Shown here: positions 1 through 9,024 of the stretch, piece after piece
Layout: each line of letters starts with the position of its first letter
How positions within the stretch are numbered: position 1 is the stretch's first letter
From: Thioalkalivibrio sp.
Lineage (GTDB): Bacteria; Pseudomonadota; Gammaproteobacteria; Ectothiorhodospirales; Ectothiorhodospiraceae
Reading direction: 5' to 3'
Length of the DNA stretch: 64,000 nucleotides
Assembly (NCBI GenBank): GCA_011389655.1
Contig: JAABTX010000007.1
Location: forward strand, 11,858-75,857
The notes under the pieces: generated by a model
What the model saw: the letters and a program-made list of their open reading frames with translations, nothing else
What the model was told of the DNA's origin: nothing
The model's database searches: none
Translations under genes and position numbers: made by a program

Positions 1-1177
1 CCTCGCTCCAGCGGAAGAAACCCTGGGGATTCAGGTCCTGTTCGCCGAGCATGTTGTTGAGCATGACGCCGGTGTCCGGAATCAGCACCCCGCAACCCTC
101 ACCGTTGCTCGCGGTGAGGCTCGCCACATTGCCCCCGGCGTCCATCACGCTCAGGTGGGTGGTGCCGCGCATCGCCGGTCCCAGCCCGGTCACCTCCTCC
201 AGGTAACGGGCCAGCAGGCCCGGATCGAGCAGCCTGCGGGCATCCACCGGCGCGTCCCCGTCCGGCTGTACCTCCAGGCGGGCGCGGTCGGTCAGTGCCA
301 TCACCCCGGCCATACGCTCGAGATGCCCGGCCGATCCGAACGCCGCGTGAGGAGGCCCGAGGTTCTCCAGCAGCGTCAGTGCGAACCCCAGCAGCAGGCC
401 ACCGGACGAGGGCGGCGGATTGATCCAGATCCGGTTCCCGCGGTAGTCCAGCGTCACCGGCTCCCGGATCTCGGCCCGGTACCGGCGCAGGTCGTCCGGG
501 CCCAGCAGGCCGCCTTCGCGCCGGCACCGATTCACGACCAGATCTGCGAACTCGCCCCGGTAGAACCAGGACTCGCCTTCCGCCGCCAGTCGTTCGAGGC
601 TGTCCGCAAGCTGTGTCTGGCGCAGCAGGTCACCCTCCACCACCAGCGACCCCGGGCGGGTCGGGCTCGCGTACAATTGCCGGGATTCCTCCGTATGCGC
701 GTAGATCGCACCGACGATCCGGAAGGCATAGGCCTGCAGGGCATTCACGCGGACCCCCTCACGTGCGAGCCGGATCGCCGGCTCCAGCAGCACCGGCATC
801 GGCAGGCTGGCGTAGTGGCGGTGGGCCGCGAAGAGCCCGGCGACCATGCCGGGGGTCGCGACCGATCCCAGTCCGATATGGAACTCCTGCTGGGCATCGC
901 CAAAGTCCGCGACGATGGGCAGGAATTCGATCTCCTCCGGGGGGCGCTTGCGCAGCGGCGTCTGCACGAAGAAGTCCAGTGCCTGGACCGGATCCCTGCC
1001 CTTCCGGGTCAGCAGAAACCCGCCGCCACCCAGTGAACAGAGCACCGGCTCCGCCACGCAGGCCGCGAACTGCCCGGCGATCACCGCGTCGAAGGCGTTG
1101 CCGCCCGCCTCCAGGACGGCAGCGGCCGCTTCGGCCGTCGCGGGGTGCCCCGCAGCGACCACCCCCGTGCCGTTCAC
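1..1177 (-). CDS. ggt: gamma-glutamyltransferase, partial (C-terminus lies beyond the window start)
   Basis: It is absent from the ORF track because it runs off the window. My reverse-strand translation gives ...GLGPAMRGTTHLSVMDAGGNVASLTASNGEGCGVLIPDTGVMLNNMLGEQDLNP..., the catalytic Thr (TTH) region of GGT-family Ntn hydrolases. A candidate GTG start at 1177 lies about 42 nt after the nikR stop. Confidence 0.85.
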   Translation of the reverse strand, partial: MNGTGVVAAGHPATAEAAAAVLEAGGNAFDAVIAGQFAACVAEPVLCSLGGGGFLLTRKGRDPVQALDFFVQTPLRKRPPEEIEFLPIVADFGDAQQEFHIGLGSVATPGMVAGLFAAHRHYASLPMPVLLEPAIRLAREGVRVNALQAYAFRIVGAIYAHTEESRQLYASPTRPGSLVVEGDLLRQTQLADSLERLAAEGESWFYRGEFADLVVNRCRREGGLLGPDDLRRYRAEIREPVTLDYRGNRIWINPPPSSGGLLLGFALTLLENLGPPHAAFGSAGHLERMAGVMALTDRARLEVQPDGDAPVDARRLLDPGLLARYLEEVTGLGPAMRGTTHLSVMDAGGNVASLTASNGEGCGVLIPDTGVMLNNMLGEQDLNPQGFFRWSE

Positions 1178-1219
1178 GATCTCCCCCGCACCCCGGTGCC
1201 GTCCCGGTTGCGGTACCGG

Positions 1220-1681
1220 TCAGCTCTCATGGTGGTGCTGATGCGCGGGCGTGGCCGCCGGACCCGGATCGAGGGCATGCTCGAGCGGGATCCGGTGCAG
1301 CTGGCCATGACGTATGCCCGGCCGCGCCATCACCGATTCCGCGAAGGCCTGCACGTCCCGGGCGGTGCCCTTCAGCAGTACCGACTCCACGCACATGTCG
1401 TGGTCCAGGTGCATGTGCAGCGTGGTCACGGTGAGGTTGTAGTGCGCGTGGTGCGTCTGGGTCAGCCGTTTGCTGAGTTCACGCTCGTGATGGTCGTACA
1501 TGTAGCTCAGCACACCGACGCAGGCCCCGTCCTGCTCCGGGCTCAAGCGCTCCTTGGCCAGCGCCCCGCGGATCAGGTCACGAACGGCCTCCGAGCGATT
1601 GCTGTAGCCCTTGCGCTTGATGAAGTCGTCGAAGTCCTGTGCGAGGGCGGGCTCGACGGAGACGGTGAAGCGTTCGCTCAT
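1220..1681 (-). CDS. nikR: nickel-responsive transcriptional regulator NikR
   Basis: The N-terminus is a ribbon-helix-helix (MSERFTVSVEPALAQDFDDFIKRKGYSNRSEAVRDLIR). It is followed by a His/Cys metal-binding domain (YMYDHHERELSKRLTQTHHAHYN...HMHLDHDMCVE) and a His-rich tail (HQHHHES). The ATG overlaps the hypX stop as ATGA. Confidence 0.9.
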   Translation of the reverse strand: MSERFTVSVEPALAQDFDDFIKRKGYSNRSEAVRDLIRGALAKERLSPEQDGACVGVLSYMYDHHERELSKRLTQTHHAHYNLTVTTLHMHLDHDMCVESVLLKGTARDVQAFAESVMARPGIRHGQLHRIPLEHALDPGPAATPAHQHHHES

Positions 1682-3426
1682 GGCTGGTTCCTTGTGATCG
1701 TACCGGTACCGGCCGCAGCGCCGATGCGGCGGTGCAGGGCCAGGTGCAACGGCGTCCGCGAGTGTGGCACGCGGTGCACGAAGTTGTAGCGGGCCACATG
1801 ATAGCTGGGATCAAAGCCGAAGAAATTCAGGCGCATCCGCCGCATCTCCTCCTCCCGGTACGTAGCCAGCGGCCTGCTCGCCTCATCGCGGCGTCGGCCC
1901 GACTGTTTCGCCTGGAGGCGCGCCTCCAGGTCCCCGGAGGCGGCGAGGCCGGCGGCCCGGCACGCGGCCTGCGCGGCAAAGTCGGCGGCATCTGTGCCGA
2001 ACACCGCATCCACAAGCGCGATCTCCCGCGCCTGTGAGGCACCGATCGGGAGCCGGTTCCCCATGATCTCCCGCGCCGCCTTCGGCCCGACGCGGCGTGG
2101 CAGCAGGTAGGTCCAGTATTCCGAGCCGTACAGGTTGCCCATGTTCTTGTAGTGCGGGTTCAGGATCACCCCGGGTGCGCACCACATCTCGTCGGCAGCC
2201 AGGGCCAGAAAGACGCCGCCCGCGCCGGCGTTGCCGCGCAGGGCGGAAACCACCAGCCGGTCGCCGGTTTCGATGATCGACCGGGTCAGGTCATTCATCG
2301 CCTCGATGTTGTCCCAGGAGGCCTCGGCCGCGTTTTCTTCCGCCTCGATCCGGTGCAGATGGATGCCGTTCGACCAGAAGTCGCCCCCGCCCAGCAGCAC
2401 CAGTACCCGTGCCGACGTCCGTCGCAGCCGTTCCCACGCCGCCTGCAGGCGCCGACACTGGTCTGTGGACATCGCACCGTTGTGGAACTCGAAGGCGAGA
2501 TAGCCCACGCCGTCCTCGTTCCAGGCGCGTATCTCCTGCCAGGTGTCGCCGGTGCCCACCACGGTGAACGGGTCCAGCGGTATCTCCGGCACCCCCGCCA
2601 GTCTTTGCGGGCCCAGCACCTGCACTGCGGGCAGTTTCAGATCCCTGCGACCTCCCTCGAGTGCGCGCAGGTGGGTGATCCAGACCCCTCCGTCCACGGT
2701 CGCGCGGCAGATCGCGCCATCGCGGGTCCCGATCAGCGTCCCCGGCTCGCCGCTGAGATTCCACTCCGGCCAGGCGTTGTACAGCCGCACCGGCAGACCG
2801 AGGATCTCGTCCCGCACGCCGGGGCTGCCGTCGGCCGCCCGGATCCGGCGCAGCACGGAGGTGGTGTCGTCCCGCTGCCAGTCGATGCGCCTCTGCGCCG
2901 CGGTGAAGGCCGGGCGCCAGCGGCCGCGGCTCCCGTCCGGGTTGACCGCCAGCGGCTCCGGGCGGAAGCCGGGGTCCTGCAAGCGCCCCAGCGCGACAGT
3001 GACCGCCTGCACCGCCGCGTCGGTGACCTCGCGCCGGTACAGGCTGCTCTTGGACGCGTTGCGCATCGGGAAGCTGACCGAGGCCCAGACGTCACCCGCG
3101 TCCATCGCCGCGTCGGCCTGCAGCACCGTCACGCCCCACTCCCGTGCTTCGTCCTCGATCGCCCAGTCCAGCGCCGCCGGACCGCGGTCACCGAGCGGCC
3201 CCGGGTGCACGATCCAGCACCGCGTTCCGCGCCAGACGACCTCCGGGATGGCCCTTTTCAGGAACGGCGCGATCACCAGGTCCGGACGATACAGTTCCAC
3301 CGCCTCTTCCGTGACCCGGTCGTTGATGTCGAACTCGATGGACACCTCGTGCCCCAGCCGCCGCAACTCCACGAACAGACGCTGAGTCAGGCTGTTGAAG
3401 CCGTGGGTCAGAAACAGGATGCGCAT
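1678..3426 (-). CDS. hypX: hydrogenase maturation factor HypX/HoxX (formyltransferase-like N-domain plus crotonase-like C-domain)
   Basis: 582 aa. The N-terminus MRILFLTHGFNSLTQRLFVELRRLGHEVSIEFDIND...IVHPGPLGDRGPAALDWAI matches my memory of HoxX/HypX. The C-terminal half is enoyl-CoA hydratase-like (GNAGAGGVFLALAADE). Confidence 0.9.
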   Translation of the reverse strand: MRILFLTHGFNSLTQRLFVELRRLGHEVSIEFDINDRVTEEAVELYRPDLVIAPFLKRAIPEVVWRGTRCWIVHPGPLGDRGPAALDWAIEDEAREWGVTVLQADAAMDAGDVWASVSFPMRNASKSSLYRREVTDAAVQAVTVALGRLQDPGFRPEPLAVNPDGSRGRWRPAFTAAQRRIDWQRDDTTSVLRRIRAADGSPGVRDEILGLPVRLYNAWPEWNLSGEPGTLIGTRDGAICRATVDGGVWITHLRALEGGRRDLKLPAVQVLGPQRLAGVPEIPLDPFTVVGTGDTWQEIRAWNEDGVGYLAFEFHNGAMSTDQCRRLQAAWERLRRTSARVLVLLGGGDFWSNGIHLHRIEAEENAAEASWDNIEAMNDLTRSIIETGDRLVVSALRGNAGAGGVFLALAADEMWCAPGVILNPHYKNMGNLYGSEYWTYLLPRRVGPKAAREIMGNRLPIGASQAREIALVDAVFGTDAADFAAQAACRAAGLAASGDLEARLQAKQSGRRRDEASRPLATYREEEMRRMRLNFFGFDPSYHVARYNFVHRVPHSRTPLHLALHRRIGAAAGTGTITRNQP

Positions 3427-3530
3427 GGCGGGCGAAGCATAGCAACCGTCGGCAGGCCCCGCGAGAGACGGGACAATCCGCCCGGTGGGCCCGCTGCGCC
3501 GGGTTCACCCGATGACGCCCCACCAGCCGC

Positions 3531-3626
3531 GGCCACCACAGCGGGAGCAAGCTCCCGCACTCCATGAACCCCGTTTGGAGTGCGGCGGCTCGCCGCCGCC
3601 TTCACGCCCCGCGGCTTGCCGCGGGG
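3531..3626. repeat. REP-like palindromic units (family A: GCGGGAGC-nn-GCTCCCGCACTCC) plus neighbouring GC hairpins
   Basis: gcgggagcaagctcccgcactcc lies at 3541-3563. An oppositely oriented variant, ggagtgcggcggctcgccgccgc, lies at 3577-3599. The hairpin ccccgcggcttgccgcgggg lies at 3607-3626. All are in the hypX/amrS intergenic region. Confidence 0.6.
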
Positions 3627-3733
3627 AGGCGCAGGCGATCAGAAACGCGTTCACCTCCCCCGCCCCGCCAAGAGCGAGCGGAAATCGTCGAGGCACTCGC
3701 CAGCCCGAGCTCCGCAGGACCGCGGCACGCCGC

Positions 3734-3768
3734 GGCCACCAAAGAGCGGGAGCAGGCTCCCGCACTCC
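3734..3768. repeat. second copy of REP family A (direct repeat of 3531-3563)
   Basis: ggccaccaaagagcgggagcaggctcccgcactcc compares with ggccaccacagcgggagcaagctcccgcactcc at 3531-3563. Confidence 0.6.
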
Positions 3769-3774
3769 AGGCGC

Positions 3775-4875
3775 TCAGGCGTATTCGGCGAGGCGGATCG
3801 GGAGCCGGCGGGGGCCCCAGTGGCCGGGGGCGGGTTCGAAGACGCCGCTGACGGGGGTGGAGCAGACGTTGCAGCGACCCTCGGGGGTCAGGTTCCAGGT
3901 GTCGATTCGGTAGCCGGAGCGTCCGATCAGACGCTGCCCGCAGGCGTGGCACCAGGTCGACTGGCCATCGGGATCGTGGGCATTGCCCGTAAAGGCATGG
4001 TGGATGCCCGCGTCCAGCGCGATGCGCCGGGCCCGGCGGAGCGTCTCGACCGGGGTCGGCGCATGATCGGTCATCCGGAAGTCCGGATGAAAGGCGGTGA
4101 AGTGCATCGGCACCCTCGGTCCCAGGTGCTGAAGGACCCAGTCGCACATCTGCCGGATCTCCGCATCGCTGTCGTTCTCGCCGGGGATCAGCAGCGTGGT
4201 CAGCTCCACCCACACAGGGGTCTCGTTCACCAGCCACTCGAGGTTGTCCAGCACGGGCTGCAGGTGGGCACCGGTCAGGCGGTGATAGAAGCGCTCGGTG
4301 AAGGCCTTCAGGTCCACGTTCGCCGCATCCATGCCCGCATAGAACTCGGCCCGTGCCTCCTCGCTGATGTAGTTTGCGGTCACCGCAACGGTGCGCATGC
4401 CCTGCCCCCGGCAGGCGACGGCCACATCCTGCGCGTACTCGTGAAAGATCACCGGGTCGTTGTAGGTGAAGGCCACCGACCGGCAGCCGGTCGCGGCGGC
4501 CGCCCGGGCGATGGTCTCCGGATCGGCGCGATCCATCAGGGTGTCGAGTTCGCGCGACTTGCTGATGTCCCAGTTCTGGCAGAACTTGCAGGCCAGGTTG
4601 CAGCCCGCGGTCCCGAAGGACAGCACCGGGGTGCCGGGCAGGAAGTGGTTCAGCGGTTTCTTCTCGATCGGATCGATGCAGTATCCGCTGGAACGGCCGT
4701 AGGTGGTGAGCATCACCTGCCCGTCGATGTTCGCGCGCACGAAGCAGGCGCCCCGCTGGCCCGGCTTCATTCGGCACAGCCTCGGGCACAGGTCGCACTG
4801 CACGCGGCCGTCCGGAAGCCGCTGCCAGAAACGGGTCGGCACGGTGAAGGGATCTGCTCGCAGTGGCTCGTTCAT
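3775..4875 (-). CDS. amrS: AmmeMemoRadiSam system radical SAM enzyme
   Basis: Radical SAM CX3CX2C motif GCNLACKFCQNW. The C-terminus has a Cys pair motif (WCHACGQ...RCNVCS). The start is trimmed to the ATG at 4875 (MNEPLRADPF); the track ORF extends to 4992. Confidence 0.85.
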   Translation of the reverse strand: MNEPLRADPFTVPTRFWQRLPDGRVQCDLCPRLCRMKPGQRGACFVRANIDGQVMLTTYGRSSGYCIDPIEKKPLNHFLPGTPVLSFGTAGCNLACKFCQNWDISKSRELDTLMDRADPETIARAAAATGCRSVAFTYNDPVIFHEYAQDVAVACRGQGMRTVAVTANYISEEARAEFYAGMDAANVDLKAFTERFYHRLTGAHLQPVLDNLEWLVNETPVWVELTTLLIPGENDSDAEIRQMCDWVLQHLGPRVPMHFTAFHPDFRMTDHAPTPVETLRRARRIALDAGIHHAFTGNAHDPDGQSTWCHACGQRLIGRSGYRIDTWNLTPEGRCNVCSTPVSGVFEPAPGHWGPRRLPIRLAEYA

Positions 4876-4981
4876 GTGCTTCGATCGCCCTGAAATCCCA
4901 TATAATTGAGACCTGTTCCCGATACCCCGGTTCCCGGGGACACAAAGCGGCGCCCATGGAACCTGAAGAGGAGCCGAACAG

Positions 4982-5809
4982 ATGGACACCAAGGCCAGCG
5001 TGCGCGATCCGGCAGTGGCCGGACTGTTCTATCCGGACGATCCGGAAGCCCTGGAAGGCCGGATCCGAAGGCTGATGGCCGACGCGGTCACGGCCCGGGA
5101 ATCGCACGGATTCCCGAAGGCCCTGGTCGCGCCTCACGCCGGATTTCCCTACTCCGGTCCCGTTGCGGCCAGCGCCTATGCGGCCCTCGGAGCGGGTGCC
5201 GAGCGCATCCGCCGGGTCATCCTGATGGGCCCGTCCCACCGTGTGCCCTTCCGCGGCATCGCCACCACCGCGGCCCCCGCCTACCGCACCCCGCTCGGGC
5301 TGGTCCCGGTCGACCGCGCTGCATGCGCGCTGATCGGTGGTCTTCCCGGGGTGGTGGAGCGGGACGAGGCGCACCGCCCGGAGCACAGCCTGGAGGTTCA
5401 CCTGCCGTTCCTGCAGGTCCTGCTGCACGACTTCGAGCTGGTGCCGCTGGTCGTGGGCGACGCCGATCCCGATACCGTCGCCGCGGTGCTCGACCGGCTC
5501 TGGGGCGGCGAGGAGACCCTGATCGTGATCAGCTCGGATCTCTCCCACTACCACGACTACGCGACCGCGCAGATGCTGGACGCCGAGACCTGCGATGCCA
5601 TCGAACGTGGCGAGGAGACCATGCTGGGCCCGTACCGTGCCTGTGGACACCAGCCGCTCGCGGGGCTGCTCCGGGTTGCGCGCAGCCGCGGACTCCGGCC
5701 GGTGACACTGGACCTGCGTAACTCCGGTGACACCGCCGGGCCCCGCAGCGAGGTGGTGGGCTACGGCGCCTGGGCCTTCCATTCAGGCGCTGCAGAGCCG
5801 TCCCGGTGA
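4982..5809 (+). CDS. amrB: AmmeMemoRadiSam system protein B (MEMO1-like)
   Basis: AGLFYPDDPEALEGRI...ALVAPHAGFPYSGPVAASAY...SSDLSHYH are Memo-family signatures. Confidence 0.85.
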   Translation: MDTKASVRDPAVAGLFYPDDPEALEGRIRRLMADAVTARESHGFPKALVAPHAGFPYSGPVAASAYAALGAGAERIRRVILMGPSHRVPFRGIATTAAPAYRTPLGLVPVDRAACALIGGLPGVVERDEAHRPEHSLEVHLPFLQVLLHDFELVPLVVGDADPDTVAAVLDRLWGGEETLIVISSDLSHYHDYATAQMLDAETCDAIERGEETMLGPYRACGHQPLAGLLRVARSRGLRPVTLDLRNSGDTAGPRSEVVGYGAWAFHSGAAEPSR

Positions 5810-6363
5810 TCGGCGAAGCGGAACGCCTGCTGGAGATCGCCGCCCGGGGTGTGCGGAGTGCGGCCGAGTTCCTGCCCGTTCCGGCCCTCGAGCTCGCGCG
5901 GGAACCGTCCGTCCTGCTGGACCCTGGCGCGAGCTTCGTCACCCTGAAGCGTGACGGCCGGCTCCGCGGCTGCATCGGCACACTCGAGGCATCGCGCCCG
6001 CTCGCGACCGACGTCATGGAAAACGCCTACGCCGCCGCGTGCCGGGATCCCCGGTTCCCGGCGCTGAATATGCGCGAGCTCGAGGGCCTGGCATTGTCCG
6101 TCGCGACGCTGGGTCCCCACGAAATCCTGCACGCAGGCACGCGAAGTGCGCTGCTGGAGGCCCTGCGCCCAGGGGTGGACGGTCTGGTCGTCCGCAGTGG
6201 AACCCGGCGTGCCACCTTCCTGCCGGCCGTCTGGGAGCAGCTGCCGGACCCCGCGGATTTCGTCGACGCACTGTGGCAGAAGGCCCGGCTGGTTCCCGGA
6301 TCCTGGCCGGGGCAGGTCGAGCTGAGCCGCTACCGGGTGGAGACCATTGAGGCACGGCTCTGA
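5806..6363 (+). CDS. amrA: AmmeMemoRadiSam system protein A (AMMECR1 domain)
   Basis: AMMECR1 motif LRGCIGT and DPRFPAL. The GTG start overlaps the amrB stop as GTGA. Confidence 0.85.
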   Translation: MIGEAERLLEIAARGVRSAAEFLPVPALELAREPSVLLDPGASFVTLKRDGRLRGCIGTLEASRPLATDVMENAYAAACRDPRFPALNMRELEGLALSVATLGPHEILHAGTRSALLEALRPGVDGLVVRSGTRRATFLPAVWEQLPDPADFVDALWQKARLVPGSWPGQVELSRYRVETIEARL

Positions 6364-6518
6364 GCGGATGTTTCCAGCTGGATCCAGAGGCAGCCGGAGC
6401 GCAGCCCGACCCGGCAAGGCGCCTGGGTCCCGGCCTTCTGGAATTGCGATACCGGAGCGACTCCGGGACAATCCGGGCGACGCGTTCTTCCGACGCGCCC
6501 AACTCGCGAGGCTCCCGC

Positions 6519-7154
6519 ATGATTCGAATGACCCCCAGCCTGCTGCTCCTTCCGCTGCTCACATTCACGCTGATCGCCTGCTCGCCCGAGGACTCGGCAC
6601 AGACGGCCGCCCCGGCACCCGCTGCCTCCGCGCCGCAGGACGCGGCCCCGGCCATGCCCGCGCCGGCCGACTCCGCCACGGACTCCGTGGCCGGACTGAC
6701 CTGGACGGTTCCGGCGGGCTGGGAGATGCAGGCACAGCGGCCAATGCGCGCCGCCACATACACCACGCCCGCGGCGGAGGGCGACGGCGAGCCGGGTGAG
6801 GTGGCGGTGTTCTACTTCGGCCCGCAGCAGGGCGGGACCGTCGATGCCAATGTCGACCGCTGGTTCAACCAGTTCGACCAGGATGACGGGCGTCCGACCA
6901 GCGAGGTCGCCGAGCGCGAGACCATCGAGGTGAACGGAATGCCCGTGACCGTGGTGCGCGCCAGCGGCACCTACAACGCGGCAGCCGGGCCCATGGCGCC
7001 GCGGGCGGACCTGCGCCCCGGATATCGGCTGACCGGTGCGATCGTGGACGGACCCGAGGGCGCGGTGTTCTTCAAGTTCACCGGTCCGGATCGCACGGTT
7101 CTGGAGCAGGAGGCGCATTTTGAGCGCCTGGTGGATTCGATTCAGCGCGACTGA
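6519..7154 (+). CDS. hypothetical lipoprotein
   Basis: Signal peptide with a lipobox (MIRMTPSLLLLPLLTFTLIAC), then an Ala/Pro-rich linker. I recognised no family. The start is trimmed from 6444 to the ATG at 6519. Confidence 0.6.
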   Translation: MIRMTPSLLLLPLLTFTLIACSPEDSAQTAAPAPAASAPQDAAPAMPAPADSATDSVAGLTWTVPAGWEMQAQRPMRAATYTTPAAEGDGEPGEVAVFYFGPQQGGTVDANVDRWFNQFDQDDGRPTSEVAERETIEVNGMPVTVVRASGTYNAAAGPMAPRADLRPGYRLTGAIVDGPEGAVFFKFTGPDRTVLEQEAHFERLVDSIQRD

Positions 7155-7572
7155 TTCATGCCGCGACACCCTGGCCTGAGACCCGTCCAGTGACGCACCC
7201 ATCGCAGGGGAATGATTTGCGTTGAGAGAGCCCTGACGGGGCCTGGCCCCCCGGTCCCCGGTTCCTCCGGATTTCCTGGCCCCGGAAACGCACCCAAGTG
7301 GCCGGCAGCAGCATCCCGACCAACAGCGCACCGAAACCGCCCCACATTTCCCTGCGGCTTCAACGCGATACCAGCCGATCGGCTGCCAGTGTCCAGATTC
7401 CGCGGGGCCTTGCTCGCGAGCCTCCACTTCGACGTCGGTCCCGGCATCCCCTATGCTCTGCGGTCCTTCCGGCAGCAAATCCGGGCACCTGGCAACCGGA
7501 TCCGAGGATCGGGGGCCGCGACCCGGGTCGGGTCGCGGAGGGGCGATCCGCGCAATTTCAGGAGGCAACAAC

Positions 7573-9021
7573 ATGGCGAACGCAGATATCGGCCTGATCG
7601 GACTCGCGGTCATGGGCCAGAACCTGGTGCTGAACATGGCGGATCACGGCTACCGTGTAGCGGTATTCAACCGCACCACCAGCCGTGTCGACGAATTTCT
7701 CGATGGCCCCGCGCGGGGGCAGTCCATTACCGGCTGCCACAGCATGGAGGAGCTCGTGGCGAGCCTGTCGCGACCGCGCAAGGTGATGCTCATGGTCAAG
7801 GCCGGCGCGGTGGTGGACGAGTTCATCGCGGCCCTCGTGCCGCTGCTGGAACCGGGAGACGTGATCATCGACGGGGGAAACTCCCACTATCCGGACTCCA
7901 CCCGCCGTACCCGGGAACTGCGCGAACACGGACTTCACTTCGTCGGCACCGGCATCTCCGGCGGCGAGGAAGGCGCTCGACACGGGCCGTCCATCATGCC
8001 CGGCGGCGATCCCGAGGCCTGGCCGCTGGTGCGCGAGATCTTCCAGGCGATCGCGGCACAGGTCGATGGCGAACCCTGCTGCCGCTGGATCGGCCCCGAT
8101 GGTGCCGGACACTTCGTGAAGATGGTGCACAACGGCATCGAGTACGGCGACATGCAGCTGATCAGCGAGGCCTACGCCCTGATGGACCGCGCGCTCGCCA
8201 TGGATCACGACGCGATGGCGGAAGTCTTCGCCAGCTGGAATCAGGGAGTGCTCGACTCCTATCTGATCGACATCACCGCCGACATCCTCGCCGCGCGGGA
8301 CGCGGACGGCACCCCGCTGGTCACCCGGATCCTGGACACCGCGGGCCAGAAGGGGACCGGCAAATGGACCGGCATCAGCGCGCTGGAACTCGGCGTGCCG
8401 CTGACCCTGATCGGCGAGGCGGTGTTTGCCCGTGCCCTCTCCTCGCTGAAGGACGAACGCGTGCATGCAGCCAGCGTGCTGGGCCCGCCCCAGCGCCCGG
8501 CATCCGCCCGGCCGGCGGATCATCTCGACGCCCTGCACGACGCCCTGTACGCGTCGAAGATCATCTCCTATGCGCAGGGCTTCATGCTGATGCGCGAGGC
8601 CGCGCGGACCCACGGCTGGAAGCTGAACTACGGTGACGTCGCCCTGATGTGGCGCGGGGGCTGCATCATCCGCAGCACCTTCCTCAACGACATCAAGGCC
8701 GCCTACGACACCGATCCGCAACTGGCCAATCTCGTCCTCGACGACTTCTTCGCGCGCGCCCTGCAGAAGGCCGAGGCCGGATGGCGCCGCGCCGTGACGC
8801 TCGCGGTGGAACACGCGATTCCCACGCCCGCCTTCGCCTCCGCCCTCGCCTATTTCGACGGCTATCGCAGCGAACGTCTGCCGGCCAATCTGCTTCAGGC
8901 CCAACGGGACTACTTCGGTGCCCACATGTACGAGCGCGTCGACCGCCCGCGCGGCAGCTTCTTTCACACCAACTGGACCGGACGCGGCGGCAGCGTTGCC
9001 TCGTCCACCTACGAGGTCTGA
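7573..9021 (+). CDS. gnd: 6-phosphogluconate dehydrogenase, decarboxylating
   Basis: MANADIGLIGLAVMGQNLVLNMADHGY (NADP-binding fold) and GHFVKMVHNGIEYGDMQLI. An AGGAGG sequence lies 9-14 nt upstream of the ATG at 7573. Confidence 0.95.
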   Translation: MANADIGLIGLAVMGQNLVLNMADHGYRVAVFNRTTSRVDEFLDGPARGQSITGCHSMEELVASLSRPRKVMLMVKAGAVVDEFIAALVPLLEPGDVIIDGGNSHYPDSTRRTRELREHGLHFVGTGISGGEEGARHGPSIMPGGDPEAWPLVREIFQAIAAQVDGEPCCRWIGPDGAGHFVKMVHNGIEYGDMQLISEAYALMDRALAMDHDAMAEVFASWNQGVLDSYLIDITADILAARDADGTPLVTRILDTAGQKGTGKWTGISALELGVPLTLIGEAVFARALSSLKDERVHAASVLGPPQRPASARPADHLDALHDALYASKIISYAQGFMLMREAARTHGWKLNYGDVALMWRGGCIIRSTFLNDIKAAYDTDPQLANLVLDDFFARALQKAEAGWRRAVTLAVEHAIPTPAFASALAYFDGYRSERLPANLLQAQRDYFGAHMYERVDRPRGSFFHTNWTGRGGSVASSTYEV

Positions 9022-9024
9022 GCC

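Noticed and set aside
3427-3774. A NikR operator (GTATGA-N16-TCATAC type) near hypX-nikR, or a hidden small gene in this 348-bp spacer.
   Set aside because: I found no such dyad. The spacer is filled by REP-type palindromes, and the ORFs across it are Arg/Pro/Gly-rich artefacts.
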